This document shows positions 1 to 9,688 of a stretch of 57,140 nucleotides of DNA, in pieces. The position numbers were made by a program, and so were the translations under genes. Source of the stretch: Bacillota bacterium (GTDB lineage: Bacteria > Bacillota > Clostridia > Oscillospirales > Ethanoligenentaceae); assembly GCA_023391835.1 (NCBI GenBank), contig JAEWAE010000020.1, forward strand, positions 1 to 57,140, read 5' to 3'. Each line of letters begins with the position of its first letter. Position 1 is the first letter of the stretch. The notes beneath the pieces are model-generated. The model was not told the DNA's origin. It saw only the letters and a list, made by a program, of their open reading frames with translations, and made no database searches.

Positions 1-93
1 TATGGGCCCGGCGGCATGGCCGGAAAAAATGTGCACAAAAACCCGCCGGGCGGCGAAAAAACGCAGCCCGGCGGCTTTTATCGGCGGTGCCGG

Positions 94-432
94 TCAGGCC
101 CGGCTGTTGGCCGCCTTCAGATGCGCACTGGCGTACGCATATTTCCAGTTCTCGCCGTCCATTTCCTCGGCACGGCAGGTTTCTTTCTGCCGGCTGAGAT
201 ATACGGCATAGGAAACACCCGCGCAGGGATATTCCATTTCCAGCGTTTCGGGCTCCTTGGCAAACACCACGCCCGTGAACTGGCACATGCCGCATTTGCC
301 TGCGCAGTCGAGCTTCTTATAGTAATCACAGAGTTCGCAGTTGAGCATACCCATCATCCTTTTCCGGTCACTCGTGAGGCCATTTCTTTTGTTCATTTGC
401 ATTGTACTGCCTTTGTACCGGAAGAGCAACAA
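94..432 (-). CDS. small cysteine-rich hypothetical protein (CxxC…CxxxCxxC cluster); true start probably internal (MLNCELC…, around nt 345)
   Basis: The minus-strand ORF has normal amino-acid composition (K/E/D-rich) and a Cys cluster CELCDYYKKLDCAGKCGMC. The overlapping plus ORF 16..477 is low-complexity. An AAAGGA motif lies 8 nt before the third in-frame ATG. Confidence 0.35.
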   Translation of the reverse strand: MLLFRYKGSTMQMNKRNGLTSDRKRMMGMLNCELCDYYKKLDCAGKCGMCQFTGVVFAKEPETLEMEYPCAGVSYAVYLSRQKETCRAEEMDGENWKYAYASAHLKAANSRA

Positions 433-505
433 AACATTTTGGCCGTAAAACGGGATAATGGACGCTTCTATTGTTAATATGGTTTATTTGCAAAGCCACG
501 CCGGG

Positions 506-1453
506 TCAGCCGCTGCCGGCAGCCAGATAGCGGCAAATGCCGTCGGCCAGCCCCTGCGCCATTTTCTGCCGGTACGCATCGGTCTGCATGAGCGCGTCCT
601 CGTCGGGGTTTGAGAGGAAGCCCATTTCCACCAGCACCATCGGCCGGGTGCACCAGTTGAAGCCGGTCATGTCGCTGCGCTCGGAAAAGCCACGGTTTTT
701 CGCGCCGGTGGCGGCGATATAGCTGTCGAGCAGATAGCCGCCCGCCCGGCGGCTTTCGCGCAGCAGCGCCGCGTCGCGGATGAACTGCCCGCCCGGGATG
801 AGCATGGTCGCCCCGTGGACGGAGGCGGAATCCGTGCTGTCGGCATGCAGCCGCACGAAAAGGTCGGCATGGCAGTCGTTGGCCATCTGGGCCCGCTGGA
901 TATTGCCGATATTGCCGCCGTTGTCGGTGCGGGTCATCACCACGGTCACGCCCCGGGCCTGCAGCAGCCCGCGCAGCTTCAGGGCGACCGCCAGATTCAG
1001 CCCATACTCCGGTACGCCGGTCTTCACGCCCGTGGCGCCGCCGGGATTTTTGATCTTCATCACGTCCGACCCCGGCGCCTCGGCCTCGCGGGTCAGATCC
1101 ACCTTCTGCTGGTGGCCGGGGTCGACGCATATCACCTTGCCGGCCAGCGTGCCCGACGGGACGGAGGAATCGGTCGCCGGGGCCGGCGAAGCAGCCGCCG
1201 CGGAAGCAGCCTGGGACGCGGCGGAAACGGACGCCGGTGCGGAAGACAACACAGATGCTGCGGATGTTTCCGAGGAGACGGCGGAAGCGGCGCCGGCAGA
1301 TGAAGAAGCACCGGGCGCATGGCCCGCCCCCGTGCCGCAGGCGCCGAGTATAAGCGCCAGCGTCAGCCCGGTCAGCAACGCCCGCAGGCACAGACGGTTT
1401 GAATGATCCAACGGGCAGCCCTCCTTGCGGCGGCGGCAGCCGCCTGTTTGCAT
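506..1453 (-). CDS. N-acetylmuramoyl-L-alanine amidase (Amidase_3/CwlD-AmiC family), probable lipoprotein with Ala/Ser-rich linker
   Basis: Amidase_3 motifs are present (VICVDPGH…, …VRLHADS…, GATMLIPGG). An N-terminal lipobox LALILGAC is followed by a low-complexity A/S-rich linker. The start is uncertain (1453 or 1504); the ORF-track extension to 1576 is unlikely. Confidence 0.7.
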   Translation of the reverse strand: MQTGGCRRRKEGCPLDHSNRLCLRALLTGLTLALILGACGTGAGHAPGASSSAGAASAVSSETSAASVLSSAPASVSAASQAASAAAASPAPATDSSVPSGTLAGKVICVDPGHQQKVDLTREAEAPGSDVMKIKNPGGATGVKTGVPEYGLNLAVALKLRGLLQARGVTVVMTRTDNGGNIGNIQRAQMANDCHADLFVRLHADSTDSASVHGATMLIPGGQFIRDAALLRESRRAGGYLLDSYIAATGAKNRGFSERSDMTGFNWCTRPMVLVEMGFLSNPDEDALMQTDAYRQKMAQGLADGICRYLAAGSG

Positions 1454-1613
1454 TACAAGGGAATAGCCGGCGGATTTTCCGCTTTGGCGGAAACACCCTT
1501 GCATCCGGCCGCATTTCCCGCCATAATAAAGAAAAACGGTATGCAAACGGAAACGGGATGTTTCAAAAAGAATCAAGATTCATTTGCGACAGCCCTATGA
1601 GGAGGTTCTTAAA

Positions 1614-2396
1614 ATGCACGATGTCAAAACCGGTGCGGATATCCGCTATCTTTTCCACAGCGGGTTTGCGGTGGAAACGCCGCGCCACCTGCTTATTTTC
1701 GATTACTGGCGCGACGAGCCCGACTCCGGCGGCCGGGGGCTCGCCGCCGGGGTCGTGGAACCGGCGGAGATTGCGGACCGGGACGTTGTGGTGTGTGTCT
1801 CCCACCGCCACTCCGACCACTATAACCCGGTGATCTTCACCTGGCGTAGCAGGGTGCCGAAGATCCGCTATGTGCTGCCGCCGGACGTGCGCCCGCCCGA
1901 GGGCGTGCCGGGTGTGCTCGCCACCCGGGCCGGGGAATCGTACGACGGCGGCGATTTCACGGTGCGCACGCTGCGTTCCACCGACGAAGGGGTCGCCTAC
2001 GCGATGGAAATCGACGGGCTGCGCATTTTCTACGCGGGCGACCTCAACTGGTGGCACTGGGAAGGCGAGCCCGACGCGGACAACCGCCGCATGGGCGAAG
2101 ATTTCCGGCGGGAAATCGACCGGCTGGAGGGGCAATCTTTCGACCTGGCGTTTTTCCCCCTCGACCCCCGGCTGGAAACCCAATACGCCTGGGGGTTCGA
2201 CTATTTCATGCGCCACACCCGCACGGCCATGGTTTTCCCCATGCATTTATGGGAAAAATACGACACCTGCGGCCGGCTGCTTCGGGATGAAATCTCCGCC
2301 CCCTACCGCAGCCGGGTGCAGACCGTGACCCACAGGGGTCAGCTTTTCCACTACGAGCCGGCAAACGGTGGAAACGGAGTGCCGCAAAAGGACTGA
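1614..2396 (+). CDS. MBL-fold metallo-hydrolase
   Basis: It carries the HxHxDH-like motif (VSHRHSDHYNP) and a metallo-beta-lactamase fold pattern. A GAGGAGG SD lies 8 nt upstream of the ATG at 1614. Confidence 0.75.
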   Translation: MHDVKTGADIRYLFHSGFAVETPRHLLIFDYWRDEPDSGGRGLAAGVVEPAEIADRDVVVCVSHRHSDHYNPVIFTWRSRVPKIRYVLPPDVRPPEGVPGVLATRAGESYDGGDFTVRTLRSTDEGVAYAMEIDGLRIFYAGDLNWWHWEGEPDADNRRMGEDFRREIDRLEGQSFDLAFFPLDPRLETQYAWGFDYFMRHTRTAMVFPMHLWEKYDTCGRLLRDEISAPYRSRVQTVTHRGQLFHYEPANGGNGVPQKD

Positions 2397-2448
2397 CGCC
2401 TTTGCAGACACTCGCAAAAAGCCCTCTCGGGCATTTCCCGAACGGCTC

Positions 2449-2811
2449 TCAGTCGAGGATTTCGAGCCAGTAGCCGTCCGGATCCTCGATAAAGTAAAGA
2501 TCCATGGCGCGGTTCTCAAAGCAGATGCAGCCCATGCGTGCGTGCAGCTCGTGGGCTGCTTTTTTATCCGGCACGCGAAAGGCGATATGCGACTCGTTTT
2601 CGCCCAGGTCGTAGGGGCCTTTATGGTCGCGCAGCCAAGTCAGCTCCAGGCGGAAATCCGTCTGCCCGTCACCGAGATAGACCAGCTCGAAGCTGCCGTC
2701 CGGCGCCTTTTTACGGCTCACTTGTGTAAGACCCAGCGCCTCTTTGTAAAACGCGATACTGCGGCCGGGGTCGGCGACGTTGATATTGCAGTGTAAAAAG
2801 CGGGATTGCAT
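2449..2811 (-). CDS. VOC family protein (glyoxalase/bleomycin-resistance fold)
   Basis: A 120-aa protein with a glyoxalase-like pattern (…IAFYKEALGL…, HIAFRV…). An AAGGAGG SD lies 7 nt before the start. Confidence 0.75.
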   Translation of the reverse strand: MQSRFLHCNINVADPGRSIAFYKEALGLTQVSRKKAPDGSFELVYLGDGQTDFRLELTWLRDHKGPYDLGENESHIAFRVPDKKAAHELHARMGCICFENRAMDLYFIEDPDGYWLEILD

Positions 2812-2840
2812 ACAGGTTCCTCCTTGTCATAGGCGCCGGT

Positions 2841-3788
2841 TTATTTCACCAGCCCCACATAGCGGCCGTAGCCGGCCCTCTCCATTTCTTCCAGCGGGAT
2901 AAATCGCAGGGCGGCGCTGTTGATGCAGTAGCGCAGTCCGCCCCGGTCGGCGGGGCCGTCGGGGAACACATGGCCCAGATGGGCGCCGCTGCCCGCGCCG
3001 CGCACCTCGGTGCGGCACATGCCGTGGCTGTCGTCCGCGTGCTCGGTGACGGCAGCGGGGTCGATGGGCCGGGTGAAGCTGGGCCAGCCGCATCCGGAGT
3101 CGAACTGGTCGCCCGACACGAAAAGCGGCTCGCCGCTGATGCCGTCCACATAGATGCCCTTTTGCCGATTATCCCAATAGGCGTTGCGAAACGGCGGCTC
3201 CGTGCCACTTTGCTGCGTGACGGCAAACTGCTCGTCGGTGAGCAGCCGGCGCAGCTCCTCTTCCGTGGGCCGGGCGGGGGGCGGGGCCTCCCGCAGGCGG
3301 GCGAGATTCACATGGCAGTAGCCGCCGGGGTTTTTGTCGAGGTATTCCTGGTGATAGTCCTCCGCCGGCCAGTAGCCCGCCAGCGGACACACTTCCACGG
3401 CGATGGGGCGGCTGTAATCCGTCTGACGGGCCCGGATATACCGCCGGGCGGTTTCGCCGTCCCGCGGGTCGCGGTAATAGATGCCGGTGCGGTACTGGGT
3501 GCCGCTGTCACCGCCCTGATGGTTGACGGCGGTGGGGTCGATGACGCGGAAAAGATGCCCGCAAAGCGCCCACAGGGTCAGCACCCCGGGGTCATACACG
3601 ATGTGCACCGTCTCGGCGTGACCGGTCCGTTTGAGTTCCTCATAGGCAGGCGCCTCAGTGTGCCCGTTGGCATACCCCACGTCGGTGGCCGTCACGCCGT
3701 TCACGCGGGAAAAATAGGCCTGGGTCCCCCAGAAACAGCCACCTGCCAGCCAGATTTCCGCGCCGGGGCCGGTTTGTTTTTCCGTCAT
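2841..3788 (-). CDS. msrAB: bifunctional peptide-methionine (S)-/(R)-S-oxide reductase MsrA/MsrB
   Basis: The N-terminal MsrA active site GCFWG and the C-terminal MsrB motifs CGWPSF…RYCINS are both present in one 315-aa ORF. Confidence 0.9.
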   Translation of the reverse strand: MTEKQTGPGAEIWLAGGCFWGTQAYFSRVNGVTATDVGYANGHTEAPAYEELKRTGHAETVHIVYDPGVLTLWALCGHLFRVIDPTAVNHQGGDSGTQYRTGIYYRDPRDGETARRYIRARQTDYSRPIAVEVCPLAGYWPAEDYHQEYLDKNPGGYCHVNLARLREAPPPARPTEEELRRLLTDEQFAVTQQSGTEPPFRNAYWDNRQKGIYVDGISGEPLFVSGDQFDSGCGWPSFTRPIDPAAVTEHADDSHGMCRTEVRGAGSGAHLGHVFPDGPADRGGLRYCINSAALRFIPLEEMERAGYGRYVGLVK

Positions 3789-4172
3789 TGGTCTGCCGCC
3801 TTTCTGCGCCCCCGCTCCGCGGCGGGGGAAACTTCCGTTTTCATTGTATCACCTCCGGCGCGGGGGCACAATACGGCACCTGGAGGCTTCTCTTATATTG
3901 CCGCGTTTGCGCGTGCGTATGACATTTTTCACCTTGCCATTTGCCCCCGGGCGTGCTACACTCGTAGAGCCTATCCATCATAAGGGGGCGCGGAAACAAC
4001 GGGCCGATTTCCCGCCGGGCAAGGCGGATATTCCGGCCCTTGACCGCGCTGGAATGCGAAAAATCAGCCGCCGGGTCGGCAACTCTTTATTTTGCGGGCA
4101 GGCTCTGAGTCTGCGCCCCCAAGGGTGGCACATATGCCCGCGTGTCGGGCAGCGGAAAGGAACGGACGACAT

Positions 4173-4358
4173 ATGGAAACGGAAGAACAAAAGCCGGTAT
4201 CGTGGGAAGCCTTCGTGCAGGGCGATGTGGTCAACTTTTTTAACGATCACCAGATCGAAAAGCTGACCGTCGACGACGGCAACGGCAACAAGGCCAAGCT
4301 CAGCCGTCTGAAAGACTGCGGCATCAAAATCGAAAGCTCTTCCACCACCACCATCTGA
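4173..4358 (+). CDS. small hypothetical protein (61 aa)
   Basis: The ATG is preceded by AAAGGAACGG and the ORF is followed by a strong terminator hairpin. No recognisable family. Confidence 0.4.
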   Translation: METEEQKPVSWEAFVQGDVVNFFNDHQIEKLTVDDGNGNKAKLSRLKDCGIKIESSSTTTI

Positions 4359-4366
4359 CGCTTCGC

Positions 4367-4405
4367 CAAAAGGCGGCCGCTCCCGAGGGGACGGCCGCCT
4401 TTTGC
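4367..4405 (+). terminator. rho-independent terminator hairpin (AAAGGCGGCCG…CGGCCGCCTTTT)
   Basis: A perfect 11-bp GC stem with a T-run lies directly after the stop of the 4173..4358 ORF. Confidence 0.5.
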
Positions 4406-4461
4406 AAACCCCGGGCCCGATATTGCACACCGGGCCGGGGCATGCTATGATAGAGTAAATA

Positions 4462-4474
4462 CGAACGACGTTCG
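4462..4474. promoter_or_regulatory. LexA/SOS-box-like palindrome CGAACGACGTTCG upstream of dinB (non-canonical N3 spacing)
   Basis: A perfect 6-1-6 palindrome with GAAC/GTTC half-sites lies about 50 nt upstream of the dinB start, just downstream of a TATGAT -10-like hexamer. Confidence 0.3.
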
Positions 4475-4522
4475 CACTTTGAGCATCCGGCCGCGTGCCC
4501 GCGGCGGGAAGGAGGGACCGGT

Positions 4523-5755
4523 ATGGGCGAGCGCACCATCCTGCACGCCGATCTCAACGCCTTTTATGCCAGCGTGGAGTGCCTGGACCGGCCGGAGCTG
4601 CGCCGGGTGCCCATGGCCGTGGCGGGCGACGAGGCGCAGCGCCACGGTATCATCCTCGCCAAAAACGATCTGGCCCGGGCCTGCGGGGTGCAGACCGCCG
4701 AGCCCATCTGGCGCGCCCGGGAAAAATGCCCCGCCCTCGTCACCGTGCCACCCCGGCACGGGGTCTATCAGCGCTATTCGCTGCTGGTGCGGGGCATCTA
4801 TCAGCGCTATACCGACCGGGTGGAAAGTTTCGGCCCCGACGAGGCGTGGCTCGACGTCACCGGCCAGCCGGAGGAGGGGCGGGCCTTCGCCGATTTCCTG
4901 CGCGGGACGGTAAAAGCCGAAACGGGTCTGACCGTTTCGGTGGGCGTGTCGTGGAATAAAATATTCGCCAAGCTCGCCTCCGACCTTAAAAAGCCCGACG
5001 CCACCACCGTCATCGACCGGGGCAATTACCGCGCCGTCGTCTGGCCGCTGCCGGCCCAGGCGCTGCTCTTTGTGGGCCGGGCCACCGCCCGCACGTTGCT
5101 GCGCTACGGCATCCGCACCATCGGGGATATTGCGGCGGCCGACCCGGAAAAACTCCGCCGCGTCCTAGGCCGTCACGGGCGGGAGCTGTGGGTCTATGCC
5201 ACGGGGCGGGAGGATTCCCCCGTCGCCCGGTACGCCGACCCGGAGCAGATCAAGTCGGTGGGCAACAGCGTCACCCTGCCCCGGGATGTGGAAAGTCTGG
5301 CCGAAGCCGGCCGGATCGTGCTGGAGCTGGCCGAAACGGTGGCCGCCCGACTGCGGGCCCGGGGGCTGCGGTGCCGCACGGTGCAGGTCACGATGAAAGA
5401 CTGCCGTTTCCACACCGAGGAGCGGCAGGCCCCCGTGGAGCCGGCCGCCTGCACCACCGACGCCATTGCCGCCAAGGCCATGGAGCTGCTGGCCAAAAAC
5501 TGCGACTTCCGGCCCCCGCTGCGGCTCATCGGCGTGCGGGCCTGCGACCTGACCGACGCCGCCGAGGGGGAGCAGTTGACTTTCCGCGACCTGGACGGCC
5601 GCCGCGAGCGCATGGAGCAGCTTGAGCGCAGCATCGACACGCTGCGCAGCCGCTTCGGGCCGGACGCGGTCAGGCGGGCCGTCTTTCTGCCCGACTCCCG
5701 GCGGGGAAAACCGGGGGAGCCCGCCCCGGGCGAAGCGAAAAAGCCGGACGCTTAA
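4523..5755 (+). CDS. dinB: DNA polymerase IV (Y-family translesion polymerase)
   Basis: Matches the Y-family N-terminus (ILHADLNAFYASVE) and the pol IV domain order. A GGAGGG SD lies 6 nt upstream. Confidence 0.9.
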   Translation: MGERTILHADLNAFYASVECLDRPELRRVPMAVAGDEAQRHGIILAKNDLARACGVQTAEPIWRAREKCPALVTVPPRHGVYQRYSLLVRGIYQRYTDRVESFGPDEAWLDVTGQPEEGRAFADFLRGTVKAETGLTVSVGVSWNKIFAKLASDLKKPDATTVIDRGNYRAVVWPLPAQALLFVGRATARTLLRYGIRTIGDIAAADPEKLRRVLGRHGRELWVYATGREDSPVARYADPEQIKSVGNSVTLPRDVESLAEAGRIVLELAETVAARLRARGLRCRTVQVTMKDCRFHTEERQAPVEPAACTTDAIAAKAMELLAKNCDFRPPLRLIGVRACDLTDAAEGEQLTFRDLDGRRERMEQLERSIDTLRSRFGPDAVRRAVFLPDSRRGKPGEPAPGEAKKPDA

Positions 5756-8046
5756 TCCGGCTCACCGAAGGCCATGGAGCCGATGAAATTTTCTTCAAAA
5801 TCCGGCCGGTCGGCCATCTCGATATAGCGCATGCGCCGGGCGGTTTCGTCGGCCAGCGCCGCGGCCCCGCGGGAAACAAGGCACAGCCGGGCGCCCTCGC
5901 CGGCCGCGTTGCCCACCGACTCCGTACGATCCCGCAGCGCCGGAGGCAGCAGCCCCACCGCGAAGGCGGAATCCAGTCGCATATAGCTGCCGAAACCGCC
6001 CGCCACCAGCACCCGCGACACCTCGCCCGGCCCGATGCCGGAGTGTTGCAGCAACAGGCTCACACCGGCGCGGATGGCGGCTTTGGCCAGCTGCACCTGC
6101 CGCACGTCCCGCTGGGTGAACACGACGGCTGCCCGCCCCGGGGATGCCGGCACGAGGGTGAAAGCCCGCTCGTCCCCTATGCGGGTCAGGCGGGCGGCCA
6201 GGTCGGGCCGCAGACCGGCGGTTTCTTCGGGCGCACGCATCCGGCCCGAAGCCTCCACCACCCCATGACGGAAAAGCTGCGCCGCCGTATCCAGCACACC
6301 GGAGCCGCAGATGCCCGCGGCCGGGCCCCCGCCGATGACCTCGCATACCGGGTCGGCGTCGAAATTCACCCGACTGACGGCGCCGGGCACCCCGGCCATG
6401 CCGCAGCGGATGCCGCCGCCCTCGAAGGCCGGCCCGGCCGCCGCCGCGCAGCAGTTGAGCGTTTCCCGTCCGCCCAGGACGATTTCACCGTTGGTGCCAA
6501 GGTCCAGGAACAGCACCGGCTTCGGTGCCTGCGGCACGTCGCAGGCCACCAGCCCCGCCGTGATATCCGCCCCCACAAAAGCCGACACTCCGGGCAGGAT
6601 ATCCACCGGGCCGCCGACGGGCAGCCCCGTTTCCGCCGCGGTCAGCTCCATCCCCCCGGTGAAAGCAGGGGTGTAGGGGGCTTCCGCCATGGCTCCGGCG
6701 GGCGCCCCCAGCAGCAGGTGGAGCATGACCGTGTTGCCCGCCGCCGTCAGGCGGCCGATTCCCGCCGGGTCAAGCCCCCGGCGGGCGCAAAGTGCCCGAA
6801 GCATGTCGCCGAGCTGCCCGACGATGAGCGTGCGCAGTCGCTCGCCGCCGTCGGGGTGTTCCCGTACATACTGCAGGCGGGTAATCACGTCCGCCCCGTA
6901 GGGCCGCTGGCGGTTGAGGCCGCCCAGACGTTCCACCGCCGCACCGGTGCGCAGGTCGACAAGCGCACAGGCCACCGTGGTGGTGCCGATATCCACCGCC
7001 GCGCCGAAAGGCCGCCCGGCGGCAGTTACCGGGTCGGGGACAAAATCCGCCGCCCGGCCGGCCAGCGCCACCGGGCCCGAGGAAGCGGGGGCGTCGGGCA
7101 CGCGCAGGCGCAGCGGTTTTTTCACTGTCACCCGGCAGGCCAGCCGCACCCCGTCTTCCAGTTCCCGGGCGGTCAGCAGCCGCCGGTCCTCCGGCGAGGG
7201 AGCGGGCGCGCCGCAGGGAAAAATCACCCGACACTTGCCGCATACGCCCCGGCCGCCGCAGGGGCTCTCGCCCAGAAGGCCCCGGGCACGCAGCATTTCC
7301 AGCAGGTTTTCCCCCCGCCGGGCGGCGATACGGATTTCGCCCGCGGCCGTTTCGGCCGTCACCGTCACGGTTTCCTCCGCACCGGCGCGATAGGGGCAGC
7401 CCGCGCAGGGGCAGGCCCCGCAGCCCGCCGGCCCGGCACAGACACCCCGGCCGATGCCGTAGACCGCCGTCGCCGTTTTGAGCGGCGACAGTGCGCCGGA
7501 GGGGCCGAGGCGCACCCCGAGTTTTTCCGCCCGGGGCAGGCAGGCGAGCACGGCGGCCTGCTCCTCCAGCGCCCAAGGGCCGTCGCCGGGGGCGAAGCGC
7601 CCGGTGAGCGCAAGGCCCCGCGCGGCGGCATCATCGGCCAGACGGCGCGCCACAGCCGCGCCGAGCTTTTGCAGCGTGCACACGGCGAAACCGTCCGCCG
7701 CCATGGCGGCGGGGTAATCCCCGGCGGCAAAGGCGTCGCGGATATGGCCGTCGATTGCTTCCCCCACCGTACAGAGGGTGACGGCCGTCTCGCCGCACCC
7801 GGCAAACGCGCCGACTGGGAAGCCCCGGGCGAACACCGCGCCGTTTGCAAGCTCCAGCCGGTCCTCACTCCGCCCGGTGACGCGCAGGATGCGTACCGCC
7901 GCCGCGGGGTGCAGCAGCGGTCGGCAGCGGGCCATTTCCCGCTCCGCCAGCCGGCACAGCTCCGCGCCCGGCTCGGGGCCGGCCTGCATGGTACACAGCA
8001 CTGCCTGCACATCCACCTCACCCGGTATATCCTGCCACTGCCGCAT
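5752..8046 (-). CDS. RACo-like corrinoid activation protein: N-terminal MetH-type B12 activation domain + 2Fe-2S ferredoxin domain + ASKHA (DUF4445) ATPase domain
   Basis: There is a plant-type 2Fe-2S motif (CGGRGVCGKCRV) and an ASKHA fold with DIGTTTV, DLGTNGE and GGFG motifs. The N-terminal roughly 200 aa resemble the methionine-synthase reactivation domain. The ATG at 8046 is preceded by GGGAGG. Confidence 0.75.
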   Translation of the reverse strand: MRQWQDIPGEVDVQAVLCTMQAGPEPGAELCRLAEREMARCRPLLHPAAAVRILRVTGRSEDRLELANGAVFARGFPVGAFAGCGETAVTLCTVGEAIDGHIRDAFAAGDYPAAMAADGFAVCTLQKLGAAVARRLADDAAARGLALTGRFAPGDGPWALEEQAAVLACLPRAEKLGVRLGPSGALSPLKTATAVYGIGRGVCAGPAGCGACPCAGCPYRAGAEETVTVTAETAAGEIRIAARRGENLLEMLRARGLLGESPCGGRGVCGKCRVIFPCGAPAPSPEDRRLLTARELEDGVRLACRVTVKKPLRLRVPDAPASSGPVALAGRAADFVPDPVTAAGRPFGAAVDIGTTTVACALVDLRTGAAVERLGGLNRQRPYGADVITRLQYVREHPDGGERLRTLIVGQLGDMLRALCARRGLDPAGIGRLTAAGNTVMLHLLLGAPAGAMAEAPYTPAFTGGMELTAAETGLPVGGPVDILPGVSAFVGADITAGLVACDVPQAPKPVLFLDLGTNGEIVLGGRETLNCCAAAAGPAFEGGGIRCGMAGVPGAVSRVNFDADPVCEVIGGGPAAGICGSGVLDTAAQLFRHGVVEASGRMRAPEETAGLRPDLAARLTRIGDERAFTLVPASPGRAAVVFTQRDVRQVQLAKAAIRAGVSLLLQHSGIGPGEVSRVLVAGGFGSYMRLDSAFAVGLLPPALRDRTESVGNAAGEGARLCLVSRGAAALADETARRMRYIEMADRPDFEENFIGSMAFGEPD

Positions 8047-8236
8047 ACGCACACCTCCCGCGGGTTTCCCGCCGCGTGTTCCAAATTCATGAATTTGCTG
8101 CCATTATACCATGAAAGACGCTCCGCGGCACGTCGGGCGCATATTTTCTGCCGTGCCTTCGGGCCCGGTTTATGATACAATAAGGACAAAGCGCCGGGTG
8201 GGCATTGGCCCGGCGACGAAAAAAGGAGTCTTTCAG

Positions 8237-8683
8237 ATGAGCAAGATCGATCAGGTGCGCGCGGATATGATGAAGGCCCTCAAGGCCCGTGACACGGTAC
8301 GCAAGGACGCGCTTTCCATGCTGCTGTCGGCACTGAAGGCCAAGGCCATCGACAAGCGGGCCGACCTTACCGAGGCGGAGGAAAACGAGATCGTCCTGCA
8401 CGAGATCAAGCAGCTCAAAGAGACGATGGAGCAGATCCCGGCCGACCGGGCCGAAATGATGGAAGATTGCAAAAAGAAGCTGGCGGTCTATTCCGAATTT
8501 GTGCCGCAGCAGATGAGCGCGGAAGAGATCGAGGTCGTTATCACCCAGGTGCTCGGCGAGCTCGCAATCGCGGCGCCCACCCCCCGCGACAAGGGACGCA
8601 TCATGAAATCCCTGATGCCCCGCGTGAAGGGCCGGGCGGACGGCAAGCTGGTGAACGAATTGCTGGGCAGGCACTTCGCGTAA
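8237..8683 (+). CDS. yqeY: GatB/YqeY domain protein
   Basis: YqeY-like sequence (…MKALKARD…, LSALKAKAID…). An AAAAGGAG SD precedes the ATG at 8237, so the upstream extension in the ORF track is unlikely. Confidence 0.8.
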   Translation: MSKIDQVRADMMKALKARDTVRKDALSMLLSALKAKAIDKRADLTEAEENEIVLHEIKQLKETMEQIPADRAEMMEDCKKKLAVYSEFVPQQMSAEEIEVVITQVLGELAIAAPTPRDKGRIMKSLMPRVKGRADGKLVNELLGRHFA

Positions 8684-8701
8684 AGAGAAAGGCGGCGCGG
8701 C

Positions 8702-9682
8702 ATGGCGGATTCCCTGCGGTTTCGCACCCTTCTCTACGGCCCGGACGGCGTGGATATTTCCGACTTCGTCACGCCTGAAATGCTCCGGCAGCCCGGCCGG
8801 ATATGCTGGGTGGATGTGACCGACCTGAGCCGGAAGGATGAGATCGGCGCGCTTTGCCGAATGGGCGGGCTTCACCGGCTGATTGCGGAGGATATCCTCG
8901 ACACCGGGCAGATGGTCAAGCTGGACAATTACGACGACTGCCTGTTCCTGGTGCTCAAGATGCTCGATTACAACCGCGGCTCGTCGGATATCACGACCGG
9001 GCACGTGGGCATCGTGCTCAAGGGTCGGTGCGTCTTTTCTTTTCAGGAAAACGACGGCGATATTTTCGCCCGGGTGCGGGATCACATCCTCACCGGGCGG
9101 GAGGGCGTGCGCGCCCAGGGGCCGGATTTCCTCTGTTACGAGCTGATCGACACGGTGGTGGACAACTGCTTCACCGTGCTCGACGACCTGGGCGACGTGG
9201 CCGACGAGTTGGAAGAGGAGCTCATCGCCCGCCCCGACCGGCTCACGCTGTCGCGCATCTATTTTGTCAAGCGCAAGCTGATGTTCCTGCGCAAGTCGGT
9301 TTTCCCCCTGCGCACCCTCATCGGCAATCTCATCCGCACCGGCTCGCCGCTCATCGGCGACGGAGTGCGCATCTATTTTCACGACATTTACGACCATCTG
9401 GTGCAGATTGCCGACTCCATCGAGACCTATCAGGATATTCTGTCAAACATGCTCGACACCTTCCTGTCGAGCATCAGCAACCGCACCAACGACACAATGA
9501 AGATCCTGACCATCTTTTCCACCATCTTCATCCCGCTGACTTTCCTGGCGGGCATCTACGGCATGAATTTTAAAAACATCCCCGAGCTGTCGATGCCTTA
9601 CGGATACGTGCTTTTCTGGGTCATTTCGCTGATCATCGCCGTGGTGATGCTGCTGTTTTTCCACCATAAAAAGTGGCTGTGA
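8702..9682 (+). CDS. corA: magnesium/cobalt transporter CorA
   Basis: The YGMNF signature (GIYGMNF) and two C-terminal TM helices are present. Confidence 0.9.
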   Translation: MADSLRFRTLLYGPDGVDISDFVTPEMLRQPGRICWVDVTDLSRKDEIGALCRMGGLHRLIAEDILDTGQMVKLDNYDDCLFLVLKMLDYNRGSSDITTGHVGIVLKGRCVFSFQENDGDIFARVRDHILTGREGVRAQGPDFLCYELIDTVVDNCFTVLDDLGDVADELEEELIARPDRLTLSRIYFVKRKLMFLRKSVFPLRTLIGNLIRTGSPLIGDGVRIYFHDIYDHLVQIADSIETYQDILSNMLDTFLSSISNRTNDTMKILTIFSTIFIPLTFLAGIYGMNFKNIPELSMPYGYVLFWVISLIIAVVMLLFFHHKKWL

Positions 9683-9688
9683 GCGCAC

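Noticed and set aside
1100-1330. Ala/Ser-rich low-complexity stretch that looks like a simple-sequence repeat
   Set aside because: It lies in-frame within the amidase gene. This is a typical flexible linker between lipid anchor and catalytic domain, not a non-coding repeat.
6043-8175. 710-aa plus-strand ORF, and similar long ORFs antisense to real genes (474..1514 -, 8087..9397 -, 18744..20333 -, 20659..21984 +, 23699..24886 -, 25851..26804 -, 32583..33896 -, 36681..39470 +, 47857..49803 -, 49622..51460 +)
   Set aside because: They are low-complexity Arg/Gly/Ala/Pro-rich translations with no recognisable motifs. Each lies antisense to a gene with clear family signatures and SD sequences. Such shadow ORFs are typical of GC-rich DNA.
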